From Squalus acanthias (taxonomy: Eukaryota), in the NCBI GenBank assembly GCA_030390025.1, contig CM059432.1:67334001-67398000 (forward strand): a stretch of DNA of 64,000 nt, read 5' to 3'. Within the stretch, counting starts at the first letter, position 1. Each line of letters begins with the position of its first letter. Shown in pieces: positions 23,210 to 38,003 of this stretch. Made by a program: the position numbers and the translations under genes. Below the pieces are notes generated by a model. That model searched no databases and was not told the DNA's origin. It worked only from the letters and a program-made list of their open reading frames with translations.

Positions 23210-25282
23210 ACATAGGAACATAGGAACAGGAGTAGGCCATTCAGCCCCTCGAGCCTGTTCCTCCATTCAATGAGATCATGGCTCATCTGTGACCTAACTC
23301 CATGTACCCACCTTTGCCCATATCCCTTAATACCTTTGGTTAACAAAAATTTATCAATCTCAGATTTAAAATTAACAATTGACCTAGCGCCAATTGCCGT
23401 TTGTGGAAGAAAGTTCCAAATGTGTACCACCCTTTGTGTGTAGAAGTGTTTCCTAATTTCACTCCTGAAAGGCCTGGCTTTAATATTTAGACTATGCCCC
23501 CTAGTCCGAGACTCCCCAACCAGCAGAAATAGTTTCTCTCTATCGACCCTATCTGTCCCCTTTAATATCTTGAAAACTTCAATCAAATCACCCCTTAACC
23601 TTCTAAATTCCAGGGAATCCAACCCTAATTTGTATACTCTCTCCTCGTAATTTAACCTTTGGAGTACAGGTATCATTCTAGTAAACCTACGCCACACTCC
23701 CTCCAATGCCAATATATCCTTCCTAAGGTGTGATGCCCAGAACTGCTCACAGTACTCCAGGTGTGGTCTAACCAGGGCTTTGTATAGCTGAAGCATGACT
23801 TCTACCCCCTTGTATTCTAGTCCCCGAGATATAAAGGCCAGCATTTCATTAGCCTTTTGGATTATTTTCTGTACCTGCTCATGACATTTTAATGATCTAT
23901 GTACCTGGAACCCCAAGTCTCTTTGGACCTCCACTGTTTATAGCTTGTCACCATTTAGTAAGTACCCTGTTTTATCCTTTTTAGGTCCAAAGTGGATGAC
24001 CTCACATTTGCCTACATTGAAATCCATTTGCCACAATTTTGCCCATTCACTTAATCTATCAATATCTCTTTGTGATTTTATGCTTCCATCTACATTGCTT
24101 ACAATGCCGTCTATCTTTGTGTCATTGGCAAATTTGGATATATGGCTTTCTATCCTATCATCTAAGCCGTTAATAAATGTGATGAATAGTTGAGGGCCCA
24201 ACACAGATTCCTGCGGGACACCACTAGTCACATCCTGCCAATTAGTGTACCTGCCATTGTTTTCGGTCCCCGCCGCAAACTCCATTCCCTAGCCACTGAC
24301 CCCATCCCTCTCCCTAACATCTGTCTGAGGTTGATCCACACTGTTCGCAACCTTGGTGTCATATTTGACCCTGAAATGAGCTTCCGACCACAGATCCGCA
24401 GCATAACAAAGACCGCTTACTTCCACCTCCGTAACATCACCTGTCTCCACCCTTGCCTCACCTCATCCGCTGCTGAAACCCTCATCCATGCCTTTGTTAC
24501 CGCTAGACTTGACTATTCCAAAGCACTCCTGGCTGGCCTCCCACATTCCACCCTATGTAAACTTGAGGTCATCCAAAACTCGGCTGCCCGTGTCCTAACT
24601 CACACCAAGTCCCGTTTGCCCATCTCCCCTGTGCTCGCTGACCTACATTGGCTCCCGGTTAAGCAGCACCTCATTTTCTAAATTCTCATCCTTGTTTTCA
24701 AATCCCTCCATGGCCTCACCCCTTCCTATCCCTGTAATCTCCTTCAGCCCTACAACCCCCCGAGATATCTGCGCTCCTCTAATTCTGCCCTCTTGAGCAT
24801 CCCTGATTATAATCGCTTAACCTTTGGTGACCGTGCCTTCCCTTGCCTAGGCCCTAAGCTCTGGAATTCCCTGCCTAAACCGCTCCGTCTCGCTACCTCA
24901 TTTTCCTCCTTTAAGATGCTCCTTAAAGCCTACCTCTTTGACCAAGCTTTTGGTCACCTACCCTAATTTCTCCTTATATGGCTTGGGGTCAAATTTTTTG
25001 TCTTAAAATAATCCTGTGCAGCGCCTTGGGACGTTTTACTACGTTAAAGGCGCTATATAAATACAAGTTGTTGTTGTTGTTGTCCATTATCCCTACTCTC
25101 TGTCGCCTGCCGCTCAGCCAATTTCCTAACCAGGTCAATAATTTGCCTTCAATTCCATGGGCTTCAACCTTAGTTAACAGTCTCTTATGACGGACTTTAT
25201 CAAATGCCTTTTGGAAGTTCATATGAATAATATCCATAGACATTACCCTGTCCACTACTTTAGTCACTTCTTCAAAAATTCC
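23210..25282 (-). mobile_element. CR1 LINE interrupted by an L2 insertion
   Basis: ORFs 23197-23934, 23938-24285 and 24989-25267 form a colinear RT ([26 protein letters not shown]). Confidence 0.9.
24259..25081 (+). mobile_element. 5'-truncated L2 LINE with (GTT)n tail
   Basis: ORF 24190-24681 (RNLGVIFD...AETLIHAFVTARLDY...LHWLPV); tail AAGTTGTTGTTGTT; CCATT on both sides. Confidence 0.9.
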
Positions 25283-25665
25283 TATGTTCCTATCTGTGTC
25301 CTCTGGTTACTGACGCTCCTGCCAGTGGTAACAGTTTCTCCTTACTTACTCTATCAAAACCCTTCATAATTTTGAATACCTCTATTAAATCTTCCCTTAA
25401 CCTTCTCTGCTCTAAGGAAAACAATCCCAGCTTCTCTAGTCTCTCCACCTAACTGAAGTCCCTCATCCCTGGTATCATTCTAGTAAATGCAATTAGTCAA
25501 TTATGTTTGTGAGCTTATGGAATAGAAAAGGATTGAAGGGCAGATTGTTTATATTGAAGACTCAGAATTAAACTTGTTTTCATTAGAGAAAAGATGATTT
25601 GAAATAGATCGGATTACGAGTTTTAAAGTGATGAGTGGAATTGATAATACAGGTGCAGTCACATA

Positions 25666-28600
25666 GGGGGGAATTTTAACATCAAAGCGTGGGTTGGTTT
25701 GGGAAAGGGTGGGTACTAAAAAGCGCTGAAATTGACAGTGCATCATGAAGCCAGCTCCAACCCGCCGACTTCCGCATTTCACTGGAGCGTGTTCGGCAGT
25801 GTGCGAGAAATCCCCTCGGGAGAGGTGGACTACCAATTGAAAGCAATTAAGAGGTCATTCAGAGGTAGTTAAGAGGTAGTTAACAGGTTTTGTAACAGGG
25901 ATTTTCAACTTTAACTGTGGCCGCACGGGTTTCCGGGGCTTCCTGGATCTCATCAGTGAAAGCAAGGCGAGAGCCCAGCGGCAATTGAGGGGGTTGAACA
26001 AATGACAGGCAAAAAGAGACCTCACACCATCTTCCTTGCCTAAGTGAAAGGCTTTTGCTCACAGCACTTGTTCTGAGAGTTTGCTTTCAGTACTTTGCAG
26101 GTCATTTCTACAACTTTGGAGGTGACATTCACTACATTGGAGGTCACTCTCACTGCTTTGGAGGTTTGCCCATCTGATCTCCACTTTAAATCTGTCATAT
26201 ATCAAATCAGCATCTGTGCTGCTTATACTGTTTCACCTTGGACCTCAGATGAGGATCAAGGTGAGCACCAGTATGAGAAGTCACACAACACCAGGTTATA
26301 GTCCAACAGTTTTATTTGAAATCACAACACCAGTATCAACAGCACCAACAGCAGTGCACATTGCTGCCCAAATGGACTCATCATGGCAACATTTAGTTAG
26401 GTTGCACCACTGTACCCATCTGGCAGCCACATGCTAAACATACTTGCCCCCTTCCCCCAACCCCTCTCCCAGCACAAAGCAGTCCTGCAGTCAACAAAGC
26501 ATCCCTTTCACAGACACCCATTGCTCAGATTTAAGTCTTGTCTTACCATTCATCAGAACTGAGAAGGTCAGTTGGCAGGCTGCAGGTAAAACTTGGCAAG
26601 AACAGAAAGTGGTGCAAAGAAATAATTTTATATGTGGATCAAAACTTATACATTAACTTATTATTGTGACATGTTTAACACACCCATGAGCATACCCTGT
26701 GCAACTAATAATCTTTCATCTTCCTTTTCCTATAACTCCTACTCATGCAACCCCTGTGGCTACAGCAGAAGTTGAGACAGGCTGCTCACTTCCCTCCTCT
26801 GACTACTCAGATGCTCTTTCCCGACGTCTTCTGGGTTTTGGAGCCCGTGAGGGCCCCGCCAAAGACTGCTCCACCTGCACCTGTGCAGGGGCAGACTCGG
26901 CCATTGGGACAGGAGGCAGCATGTGGGGCACTGACTAAGGTGGGGGCAGGGCAATGGGTGAGAAGTGGAAGTGCTTTGAGCAGAGTCCCCACTTCTATGT
27001 CCCCTTTCACCATCATCCCTCTCATGACTCACCCACTTCCCTGCTAGCAATGAGCTGGAGAGCACTTTGCTGCAGATCAGTGGAGCAATGAATGACCAAG
27101 GCTAGGTTTTGATCCATCCTAATTAAGGTGGCATTCAGAGTGTACAAGCTGTTGGTGAGGACAAGCATGCACTCATTTGACTGCTGCATTTGATGCTCCA
27201 TGCAGGTGGCCACACTTTCCATGGGCAAACATATCATAGCTAAGGCGGGCGACATTATGCCAGTCATAACTCCTCCATTCTCTCTGCATGCGTGCACATT
27301 GCCGCTGGAAATCCTGCCAGAGCCTCACGCATTTTTTGCTGCTCCTCCAGAATCATCCTCTTTGTCAATGGCCCCCAAGGTTCAGCATCTGCGTCCAGCT
27401 GAGCAGAGCTTGGAGCATCCTGTGCCCTCTGACGAGGGCTCCCCACTGCTGTCCTTGTCTGCACCATCTGCTCTTGCTCACATGTGATCTGTGAGACACC
27501 AGGTGACAACACAACTATCTGTCTTGATGGTCCCACCGACCTGTGTGTATCTGAGCTGGTGCATGGTGTGCATGCATCCTGTGATGGTGCACCCTCAGGG
27601 TTAGCAACCTCCTGTGAGGAGTCTTCTTCCTTCTCTGGCTCCACCATCTGTTGGACACTTGATGGGCCTGTGGGAGATTAAAGAATTAGAACTGTCATGG
27701 TAAGAATGTTTTAATATTATGCACATGATCATATTTCACTGGTTGCTGACATCAAGTCAACATGAGTGACTGTTATATGCCATGTGGCTGTGTGATATTT
27801 AATTCTGTCACCAGGTAGCTGGGAGCTCCCTGTCTCTCCATCCCTCACCGCCGTGCATGCCAGCACTCCATTTATTTCAAGTGCCTTCTCTTCTGCAGCT
27901 GTGAGCGTTGCTATGACTGGAGGGCCACCTCTGGTTCTCTGCCTCTCCCTGATGTCTGTGCTGTCTTCTTCTGCAAGGAGGAAAACAAGAGACCTTTGAG
28001 TGAGAGTCATGGAATGAGTGGAAGGGATGGATAGGCAACATCTGTTGAGGGTGACTGTGAGAGAGAGGCGTGACATTGCATTAAGATGAGGGTGAGTATC
28101 AATGGTGGATGGTCAGATGGGGATGTGAGGGACTGCATAGACATATGATCTATGATCTCTAGCTATGCCTTCTCGTAAGTGAGGCTGGCTTCTTCCCACC
28201 GTCAGAAGGGAATAAACCCTCCCTGTGGGCCTAACACTTCGCAGCATGAGGTCCAGGGAGGCATCACTAAAGCAAGGGGCAGCTTTGGAATGTTGAAAAT
28301 CCATTTTTATCACCAACTAATCTTTCTCCCACCTCCACAATCCCTCAACTATTATCTTTGCAGTGTTCCTTTAAGTACCTCAGCTGAAATAGACCCATGC
28401 GTGTCGTCATCGCGCCCACACACATTAATTGGTTGGAAAACCTGGAGGTCAGATACAAATGCAGTGACTAGGTTAAAAAGCCACTGACTGGTGGGTGATA
28501 TTGAGGCTTTGGAAAGGCTGCAGAGGAGGGCCATTAGACTAATTCCCAGTCTAAAGCATCTTAGTTATCAAGATAGGCTAAAAGAGTTGGGACTCTGCAT

Positions 28601-29218
28601 GTTAGAGAAGCGTAGACTTAGAGGTGATCTGAATGAGGTTTATAAGATAACGAAGGGAATAGATTGTGTTCCAGTTGACAGTTTGTTTCAATTAAATAGG
28701 TTCGGGAGGACCAGGGGTCACAAATTTAAGTTGTATAAGGCTAGATCTAGGTTAGATGTCAGGAGGTGGTTCTTTGCCCAGAGAATAGTGGACCTCTGGA
28801 ACAGGCTGCCGTCTCGTGCGGTGGATGCTGATTCACTGAATTCCTTCAAGCGAGAGCTGGACCTGTTTCTGGCTGGGGTGGAGGTCACCTCTTACAGAAG
28901 GTAGGTACTGCAGGGAATTCAGGGCCAGAGTGATCTCCTGGACTAGTTTCGATCGCCTAGATGGGTTGGAGAGGAATTTCCCAGATTTTTTTCCCCAAAT
29001 TGGCCTTGGATTTTTTATCTATTTTTTGCCTCTCCCAGGAGATCACACGGTTTTGGGTGGGGTGGAGTGTACATATTGTGATACCCAAGCTATCGCAAAT
29101 ATGTGGGACAGGCTCGATGGACCAGAGGGTCTGTATCTGGCCATCGTTGTTCGTATTTTAACTGTCCGCTCACCAGACCACCCAGTTTCCGCTGGGCTGG
29201 CAGAGTTAAAATCGGCCC
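25666..29218 (-). mobile_element. Degenerate Harbinger element (Myb-like gene remnant on -, transposase end remnants on +) containing a CR1
   Basis: TIR-like GGGGGAATTTTAAC / GTTAAAATCGGCCC; ORFs with APCFSDASL and RQRTRGGPP; TSD not preserved. Confidence 0.65.
28490..29155 (+). mobile_element. 5'-truncated CR1 LINE
   Basis: ORF 28491-28904 (DIEALERLQRRA...RTRGHKFKL...WNRLP) followed by a 3' UTR. Confidence 0.85.
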
Positions 29219-30375
29219 TTGTATGGTCAATTTGCGGCCTGAATGCTACAATTTTGTATAAAAAGTCCGAGAGGGTGTGAAAATAACAGTTCCTGAACAA
29301 ATCTGAGTCATAATAAACCGCTTACGACTTGCAGTCCAATATGCTGTGAATCACAATTCATACATATATATATATATATCATGAAGGCACTGAAATCAAG
29401 TTGGTGTATGTTTTTGCGGGCAGCAGCTGTTCTCCAGTATCTTGCCCAAGTGGTGATTTTTAATGTGTGTCTTCACCCTGAGTGTCAGCAGGTTGTATGC
29501 CCATGGGGCACATTACAACTAATCCCAATCCTGTCCTCAACCAATGTTCGAATGTGGATAACGATCAAGAGCAAGAACCCTGATTGATTTTCCTGCTGTA
29601 GTTCAGGAATGCTGAGGCTGATTGTAATTCCCCAGTGCTTGGGAAAGGAAAATCAAACCCCTGCTCCCGGTAACTCTCTCGGGTGGAGCTATCAGTTTAC
29701 TTTTAACAGTTTATTTCTGTAAGTGTGTCTGACGGAAGTTCTGTTTGCACAAGCTGAACCGATTGCTGTGAAGCTGGACAGATAAAAAATATAAGTCTGG
29801 TAATTACATTGTGCAGTGTTATCATGCTAATGTATCAAATTCTCTGCTATTTTAATGGAAGTGTTAACATATTTATCTTAAAATAGCAAAATAAAGATTC
29901 TGAAACAGGCATGTTGAAAATTTGCACATTAATATTGCGCAGGCTAATTTCCAGGTTGTATTATCTAAGAGTAACGGTTTTCTGTTATGTATTTTAATCA
30001 TGTTTTCTTGATAGAGGAGACATATTTTAATTTTGGAGGAAAATGGAACCTTTTCAATCACAATTATTTTTCAATAATATGTGTCAAAACCTTTTAATTT
30101 TTGTTGTCCCAATTTTTAAAGGTAGGCTTAGTAAATCCTCAAGAGATAGTGATCACTATTTAACAATAATGATGCCTTGCTACATAACTTAGTCTGATTT
30201 GCCGACTGGCGAGACAATAAATTGAATTGAATCATAACTACACTGAAAATAGAAATGTGAAAATCAATTTAAGGTGAATGTTGATATGTCATTTGAAGCA
30301 AGCAAGAAAGCAGCATAATTATGAGAAAATGGGTAATTCAAAAGAGGAAATTGCAGGAAAAATTCATAGTAATAG

Positions 30376-32371
30376 GATTGGCTAACTAACAGAAAACAGA
30401 GAGTTGGGATAAATGGGTCATTTTCAGGTTGGCAAACTGTAACTAGTGGGCTGCCGCAGGGATCAGTGCTGGGGCCTCAACTATTTACAATCTAGATTAA
30501 TGACTTGGATGAAGGGACTGAGTGTAATGTAGCCAAATTTGCTGATGATACAAAGATAGGTGGGAAAGCAAATTGTGTGGAGGACACAAAGGGGGGAAAA
30601 TTCAGTATCGCCCCATTTGGGGCGCAATTATCGGCCGGGTGCAAAGATTAGCGCCTGGCGCTAATAATCGCTTCCGACTGCAAACTTGACTTTTATCGTC
30701 CCTGGAGGTGATTGGAGCGCTAAATCAGGCACTACGCATCTGTCTTAAGGCGCAAAGGCCGAGGAGCGAGGCGCTAACACAAAGCGCTGGCGAAGCCCAT
30801 GTGATGTCAGTCAGCAATGGAACACAGACACAATGGCGCCAGCCAGTTCTTAAAGGGGTGGGTTGATCTTGCTTTCCATTCACATCCTGCTCATTGCAGC
30901 CTTGAATCTCGGCCTGGAGAGATCTGTACATCAAATCTGCTGGAAAGAACAATGGAGTGAACCAGGGAAAGAGCACAGAGTGCAACCCCCACAGTCTCTT
31001 CTAAATCGATACAAGAAAGGGCAAGTCAAAATGAACCTGCAAAGTGCTGCTCAGTACCCAAAACTCCTTCACACAGCGTTGAATCTCTCCAGAAGTCTTT
31101 CTCTCTCTCAGAATGTGTGGTTCAAAAGTGTCACCAACAAAAAAAGGCAGGAAGCGGTCGCCTTTAAATATCGCTCCCCCGTCCCATCCTGACTGCAAAA
31201 TGCTCCCCTCAACCTGTTGTTCCTAACGGCAGGCGGTAAGGCAGGGGGCGCCACTCAATATCCGCTCCGGGGCGCTACCGGGGCATTGCGCACTCGACTG
31301 ACGTCACGATCTGCCGGCGCAGGAGATCGTGGCGGTAGTGTTTAGCGACGCCGCAAAATGTCTAGTTAATTTTGCGAGTGGCGCAAACATCGCCGTGCCC
31401 GGGCGCTAGTTGCTTTGCGCCCCATTAGCGCCCTCTTAAGGCGCTAACGGGAGGTGCAACCAACTGAATTTTTCCCCCAAAGAATCTCCAAAAGGATATC
31501 GACAGGCTAAGTGAGTGGGCAGGAATCTGGCAGATGGAGTTTAATGTGGGAAAATGCGAGGTTATCCACTTTGGTAGGAAAAATAAAAAAGCAAATTATT
31601 ATTTAAATGGAGAGAGATTACAAAATGCTGAGATACAGAGGGACCTGGGGGTCCTTGTACATGAATCACAAAAAGTTAGCATGCAGGTACAGCAAGTAAT
31701 TAGGAAGGCAAATGGAGTGTTGGCCTTTATTGCAAAGGGAATGGAGTATAAAAGTAGGGAAGTCCTGTTACAACTGTACAGGGCGTTGGTGAGACCACAC
31801 CTGGAGTACTGCATACAGTTTTGGTCTCCTTATTTAAGGAAGGATATACTTGCATTGGAGGCAGTTCAGAGAAGGTTCATGAGGTTGATTCTGGAGATGA
31901 AAGGGCTGTCTTATGAAGAAAGGTTGAGCAGGTTGGGCCTATACTCATTGGAGTTTAGAAGAATGAGAGGGGATCTTATTGAAACATATAAGATTCTGAA
32001 GGGGCTTGACAGGGTAGATGCAGAGAGGATGTTTCCCCTCGTGTGGTAATCTAGAACTAGGGGGCATAATTTCAGAATAAGGGGGCACCCATTTAAAATG
32101 GAAATGAGGAGGAATTTCTTCTCTCAGAGAGTCGTGAATCTATGGAATTCTCTTCCCCAGAGAGCTGTGGAGGCTGGGTCATTGAATATATTTAAGGTGG
32201 AGATAGACAGATTTTTGAATGGTAAGGGAGTCAAGGGTTATGGGGAGCGGGCAGGGAATTGGAGTTGAGGCCAAGATCAGATCAGCCATGATCTTATTAA
32301 ATGGCAGAGCAGGCTCGAGGGGCCAAATGACCTACTCCTGCTCCTACGTCTTATGTTCTTATGTTCTTATG
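30376..32371 (+). mobile_element. CR1 LINE split by the Harbinger derivative at 30591-31478
   Basis: [16 protein letters not shown] coding sequence before the insert, ORF 31534-32049 after it; (TTATGTTC)n tail. Confidence 0.9.
30591..31478 (+). mobile_element. Internal-deletion derivative of the 16925-21083 Harbinger family
   Basis: TIRs GGGGGGAAAATTC / GAATTTTTCCCCC; TSD AAA; both arms colinear with about 16925-17290 and 20650-21083. Confidence 0.92.
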
Positions 32372-32699
32372 ACATGGGTATGTTGAGGGAATTAAATAGG
32401 ATATAGCTGCCATATAGCCACAGTATATTCTATCCCTTATCAGATAATTTTATGAACAACTTCCCCTCACTTGTTCTGAAATACCATGAAAGTTCTCCCG
32501 GCCTCCCATTGTAACTTTGGCAGGAGACTGGTGGAACACCCAGAGAAGCAATGTTTATGGCATAATGAAGTTATATCAGCATATCAGAAAAAACCTGTAG
32601 AATCTCAGGGCAAGTGGGGGCAATTTTCACTTTCAGCAGGGGGTGGATAGCTATTATAAACCCTGCCCGATTTTCCTTTCCATTGAAGTTAAGCTGTTC

Positions 32700-34155
32700 C
32701 AGTACAACTACAACATTGGCATCTACCCGACAATGTGGAAAACTGCCCAGGTATGTCCTGTCCACAAAAAGCTGGCCAATTAACGTCCCATCAATCTAAA
32801 CGTAATCATCAGCAAAGTGATGAAAAGTGTCGTCGACAGTGCTATCAAGTGACACTTACCAATAACCTGCTCACCGATGCTCGGTTTGGGTTCTCCCAGG
32901 ACCACTCGGTTCCAGACCTCATTACAGCTTTGGTCCAAACAAGGACAAAAGAGCTGAATTCCAGAGGTGAGGTGAGAGTGACTGCCCTTGACATCAAGGC
33001 AGCATTTGACCGAGTATGGCATCTAGGAGCCCTAGTAAAACTGAAGTCAATGGGAATCAGGGGGAAAACTCTCCACTGGCTGGAGTCGTACCTAGCACAA
33101 AGGAAGATAGTTGTGCTGGTTGAAGGTCAATCATCACAGCCCCAGGACATTGCTGCAGGAGTTCCTCAGGGCAGTGTCCTAGGCCCAACCATCTTCAGCT
33201 GCTTCATCAATGACCTTCCCTCCATCATAAGGTCAGAAGTGGGGATGTCACTGATGATTGCACAGTGTTCAGTTCCATTCACAACTCCTCAGATTATGAA
33301 GCAGTCCATGCCTGCATGCAGCAAGATTTGGATGACATTCAGGCTTGGGCTGATAATTGGCAAGTAACATTTGCGCCACCGAAGTGCCAGGCAATGACTA
33401 TCTCCAACAAACGAGCATCTAACCACCACCCTTTGACATTCAATGGCATTACCATCACCGAATCCCCCATCATCAGCATCCAGGAGTCACCATTGACCAG
33501 AAACTTAACTGGACCAGCCACATAAATGCTGTGGTAACAAGAGCAGGTCAGAGGCTGGAAATTATTCGACGAGTGTCTCACCTCCTGACTCCCCAAAGCC
33601 TTTCCACCATCTACTAGGCACAAGTCAGGAGTCTGATGGAATACTCTCCACTTGCCTGGATGAGTGCAGCTCCAACAACACTCAAGAAGCTCGACACCAT
33701 CCAGGACAAAGCAGCCCGCTTGATTGGAACCCCATCCACCACCTTAAACATTCTTTAACTGCACCACCGGCATACCATGGCTGCAGTGTGTACCATCTAC
33801 AAGATGCACTGCGGCAACTCCTCAAGGCTTCTTCGGCAGCACCTCCCAAACCCGCGACCTCTACCGCCTAGAAGGACAAGGGCAGCAGGCGCATGGGAAC
33901 ACCTCCACCTCCAAGTTCCCCTCCAAGTCACACACCATCCTTACTGGGAAATATATCACCATTCCTTCATCGTCGCTGGGTGAAAATCCTGGAACTCACT
34001 CCCTAACAGCACTGTGGGAGTACCTTCATCACACGGACTGCAGCGGTTGAAGAAGGCAGCTCACCACCACCTTCTCAAGGGAAATTAGGGATGGGCAATA
34101 AATGCTGGCCTTGCCAGCGACGCCCACATCCCAGGAACGAATAAAGAAAAAAGAA
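32700..34155 (+). mobile_element. Second LINE family (CR1-group) RT fragment, frameshifted
   Basis: [34 protein letters not shown]-rich tail. Confidence 0.9.
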
Positions 34156-35097
34156 AGGAAAATCAGACAGGGTCTATAATGGGTGGTCAATCTGCAGAAG
34201 GAGAGGCAAAATATTTCAATCTTTAATACAGATAAGAACCTCAATTTACATACATGTGGCTTGATAACCATAAGGAAAGAACTAGACTCTGTTGCAAACC
34301 ATTTTAAGCACATAGATTGAAATAGCCAATGTATACAGCTACAGAACTATTAGTAGTCTACCAGGAAATAGTAATTTTCCCCATTATCCGGACAGATTTT
34401 AAAAATAAACAAACCTTTGTTACCATGGCTTCTCACCATGTGCCTTTACGATCCAAAAGTTGATGGTAATATGCAGAATTGAATTTGTGTTACATAAAAT
34501 AGAATGAATATTGTTTTTTTATTAGCAAATCTAAATGCTGAAAATACAGCTACATTAACATGATATAGAATGAACTATTTGTAAATAAATTTTCTTGTTT
34601 GATTTGTCTTTCATTTGTATTCAATGATTACAATTTCTGAAAATAATAGAACCAGACTAATGTTTCTTGTGGAAGGCGCCTATTGGTGTTTTGAATTCTT
34701 TTCTTGTCAGTTTCTTGATTGAGGAAGCACAATCCATGGATGTTCTCCTTGAGAGACTTATTTTGTATGCAAAAGATCAAATCACATTAGTCTCCTTGTT
34801 AACTTGTTTGTTTGTTGAACATTTTTTATTTTTTGGTTCAGTCTAATGAATATACAAATGAGTGTCTCAGCAGCAATAGTTCTGGAACATGTACTAATTC
34901 AACTCAGCTTATAGACGACACTAACCAGATTAGTTACAGAGTGAGGGGTAGTTTATGAAATGAAGGAATCAATTATCTCTTGGATTCCTCTTCAATGTGA
35001 CTCTAAGTACTAAGATCCCTTCACAGGAGAGAAAAGACAAAGCTGTCTTTACTTCTGTGAACTTTTAAAATCCCCTCATCTATACAACAAACTGCTT

Positions 35098-37103
35098 GGG
35101 GTGAAATTCGATAAGGCCCGAAAAAGGGCACGGGCACCACGATGCGTATATGCCCGCGCCCATTCAGCTTTGCCTGAAAAATTAAATAAAAATCCTTCAG
35201 AACTAGGCAGTCTGCAGCTCTGTAAGCTGAACTGCTTTCTGCAAAAAAAGAAAAGTTAAAAATGCTTTAGAACTAGGCAGTCTGCAGCTCTTAAAGCTGA
35301 ACTGCCTTCTGCACATAAAAAATGCTAAAAGTGCTTCAGCACTAACACAAATGGCTCAACAGGCCAGGGAAAGGGCACCCAGGGTCGCAGATGCAGCATT
35401 CCAGCTTTGTGTAGGGGTCAACACTGGAAGAGAGATCCTCTACCCACAGGGGGCCAGGAGGCCCTTCAGAAAGAAGGATGTGGGACCAGCTAGCCGAGGC
35501 CATCACTCCCAGCTGTGTCGCCCCCCAGGACCTGGCTCCAGTGCCCAAAGAAGTTTCATGACCTCAGACGAGTGGTCAAGGTCAGTGAATGCATCTTCAA
35601 AAACTGTCTCCTACCAACTGCACCACTAGCCTCACACACTGCTCAATGCACAACGGCCTCCCCCCCCCCCCCCCCCCCAAAATCACTCTCCTACCAACAA
35701 TCTGTACCAAACATGAAGCACACCTCACATTCCTAGCTTGGTGGAGACACTACTGGCCATTCTTGGCAGGGGCATGGCTGAGCCCTTGGCCAGCGGTGGG
35801 GCTGAAAGAATACAAGATGCTGGTATCCTCATATGTTATCCTCCTTCTCACATCCCACTTCGCCCTCATCCCACAGTATCTTCTGATGTACAAGCTGCAC
35901 ATGGTGTAAGCAAGCACCTCTTGCTTTCCTGCCTTCCTTCACCACGACCCTACCCTTGTGCCTTCCTCATTTCAGACACCCAAGAAATTCAGCTTGCCCA
36001 GCCAGTGGTTCACCACGAAGAGGGAGAGGATAGTGAAGAAGAAGAAGAAGAAGAAACACCATCATTCGATTTCACACTCCCAGCCACCAGCTCCTCAAGG
36101 TCGTCCTGCAAGGCCATCATGCAGTGGCCCCCACTGAACGTCAGTAGCATTCCACCAGTCATGCTGCAGTCATTGGGGTAGCACTGTGTAACATCACTAA
36201 GATAGGCAAAGGCAGATGCAAGACAGTCACTAAAGGAATGCACAAGGGTGATTAGTTGATTTTTTGGTGTAATATTGGATGCATATATGGATAAAGTTGG
36301 ATTGGAAAGTTTGCTTTGTGATGGCTTTTATTTCAGCATTGTGGCCAAGAGGGCGCAGTGATGGTCAGTAACAGAGGGAAGGGAAGGTGTGGGACAAATG
36401 TTGAAAGAGGAATTGGTGTTGTGTTCACTGGTACTGCAGGCGGATGATTCAATCCTGGCCAGAAAGGGCTTACCTGGATTGCATCCTTCCTTTTGCTTCA
36501 TCCTCTTCTGCTTCCTCTTCCTACTGTGAGAAGCTTGTCCCCTTTGCTGCCTCTGCTTCATCTCCATATGATATTGCATCCCAAGCAGGACTGCAACTGG
36601 AACACCCAGGACTAGGAGCAAGTGGTGTTCTCAGAGGCCTTCCTTTAACAGCCAAAGCCTTGCAAACATCCAGCAGTACTACCTGCACACTTTAACAACT
36701 TTTTAAATGTATTGCACCAAGCCACTATTCCAATAAAATGTAAAAAAGACAGTCCAAAAGTAAAAATGTAAACTTACCTGAAAGATGTGTGTGTCCCTTT
36801 AAGATGAGCCGGCAGCATCTCTGTAGAACTGCTGCACGCACGTTCTTCCATGCGTGGTTTGGAGAAGGCGGTATCAAGAACGGCCACGTCCAAAATCACA
36901 GTCGTGCATCAATTCAGGTGTTGCACGCTGATTGATGTCACGATCTGCATCATTTAAATGTGGGCGGCGAGCGCAGGCAATGGGAGCGCTGCTGACCGCC
37001 CTAAAATGGCGGCCGCCGCGTTCCATGCCGAAAGCGAGGCAGCTGCATTTTTTAGACAAAACTTGCCTTAACGACTGGTGCTAAACCTCCCAATTTAGCG
37101 GTC
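35098..37103 (+). mobile_element. Internally deleted Harbinger with Myb-like gene remnant (35351 to about 36252) and transposase-end remnants on -
   Basis: MAQQARERAPR...CPKKFHDLRRVVK|GTCAGT; TIR-like ends; CTT on both flanks. Confidence 0.7.
35195..35340 (+). repeat. About 70-bp tandem duplication upstream of the Myb ATG
   Basis: AGAACTAGGCAGTCTGCAGCTC...AAGCTGAACTGC occurs twice. Confidence 0.85.
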
Positions 37104-37849
37104 CTTTAATTTACTGTGTTTTTATTAAGTCTCGGGTTTCATTGCATAAATATAGATAATATACATTCCATTGCAGGTATGAGGAAATTATAATTGGTGA
37201 TATTTGAAAAGTTATTAAGGCTATTTTTATGAGTAGAATAAATTCTGTACTTCTTAGTTCCAAAATGAGGATCCTGATTATTGTACAATATTTCTTGAGC
37301 TCCATTATACACATTAATGGTGCATGAATAGACATTAGCAGGTCAGTCATGAAAATTCCTGAAAATGGACTGCAGCACTGAATTGAAGATTCACTTCTGT
37401 AACAAATGTAAGATAATATTTAAAATCAGAGATTATTGGAATTTCCACAGGTTTCCGCTGAGATTTATGGTGTATGAGCGGGAGAACCTCCACGGAAATT
37501 CACCCTTATTGTGCCCCTTTTTGCCTGATTGATGCGACAGATGCAATGTATGTACACTCGGGACCTGACTTTAAAATAATTATTTCATATAATTTACTAC
37601 AGCAGCAATTTTCAATGAGAAAGACTATGAGCACACTATTTTTATACACAGGCAGATAGCAGACAGTTGTGTGAATTATTGTTGCATAGTTTAGCGAATT
37701 GGATGAAAAACCGCCAGAATCTCATTTTGGCAAGTAAAGGTTGTGTAAGTTGGATTTTTTTTGAGGACTTGGATCATCTTTCGGTACTGGTGTGAGGACA
37801 ATATTCTTTTTACTGCAGCAAATATTACTTTTCATTCCTAGTTATGGAG

Positions 37850-38003
37850 CAAGGACAATAGGGCACTGACGCAGTTACCACACCGTATCAATCAAAGGCA
37901 GACTCAGCTCATACACCAAGGACAGCAGGGCACTGACACAGTTACCACACTGGTAGTCTGCCGAGCTATCAATCGAGGGCAGACTCAGGTTCATACATCA
38001 AGG
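37850..38003 (+). repeat. Imperfect direct repeat (two units of about 68-85 bp)
   Basis: CAAGGACA...AGGGCACTGACRCAGTTACCACAC...TATCAATC...GGCAGACTCAG...TCATACAYCAAGG occurs twice. Confidence 0.8.
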
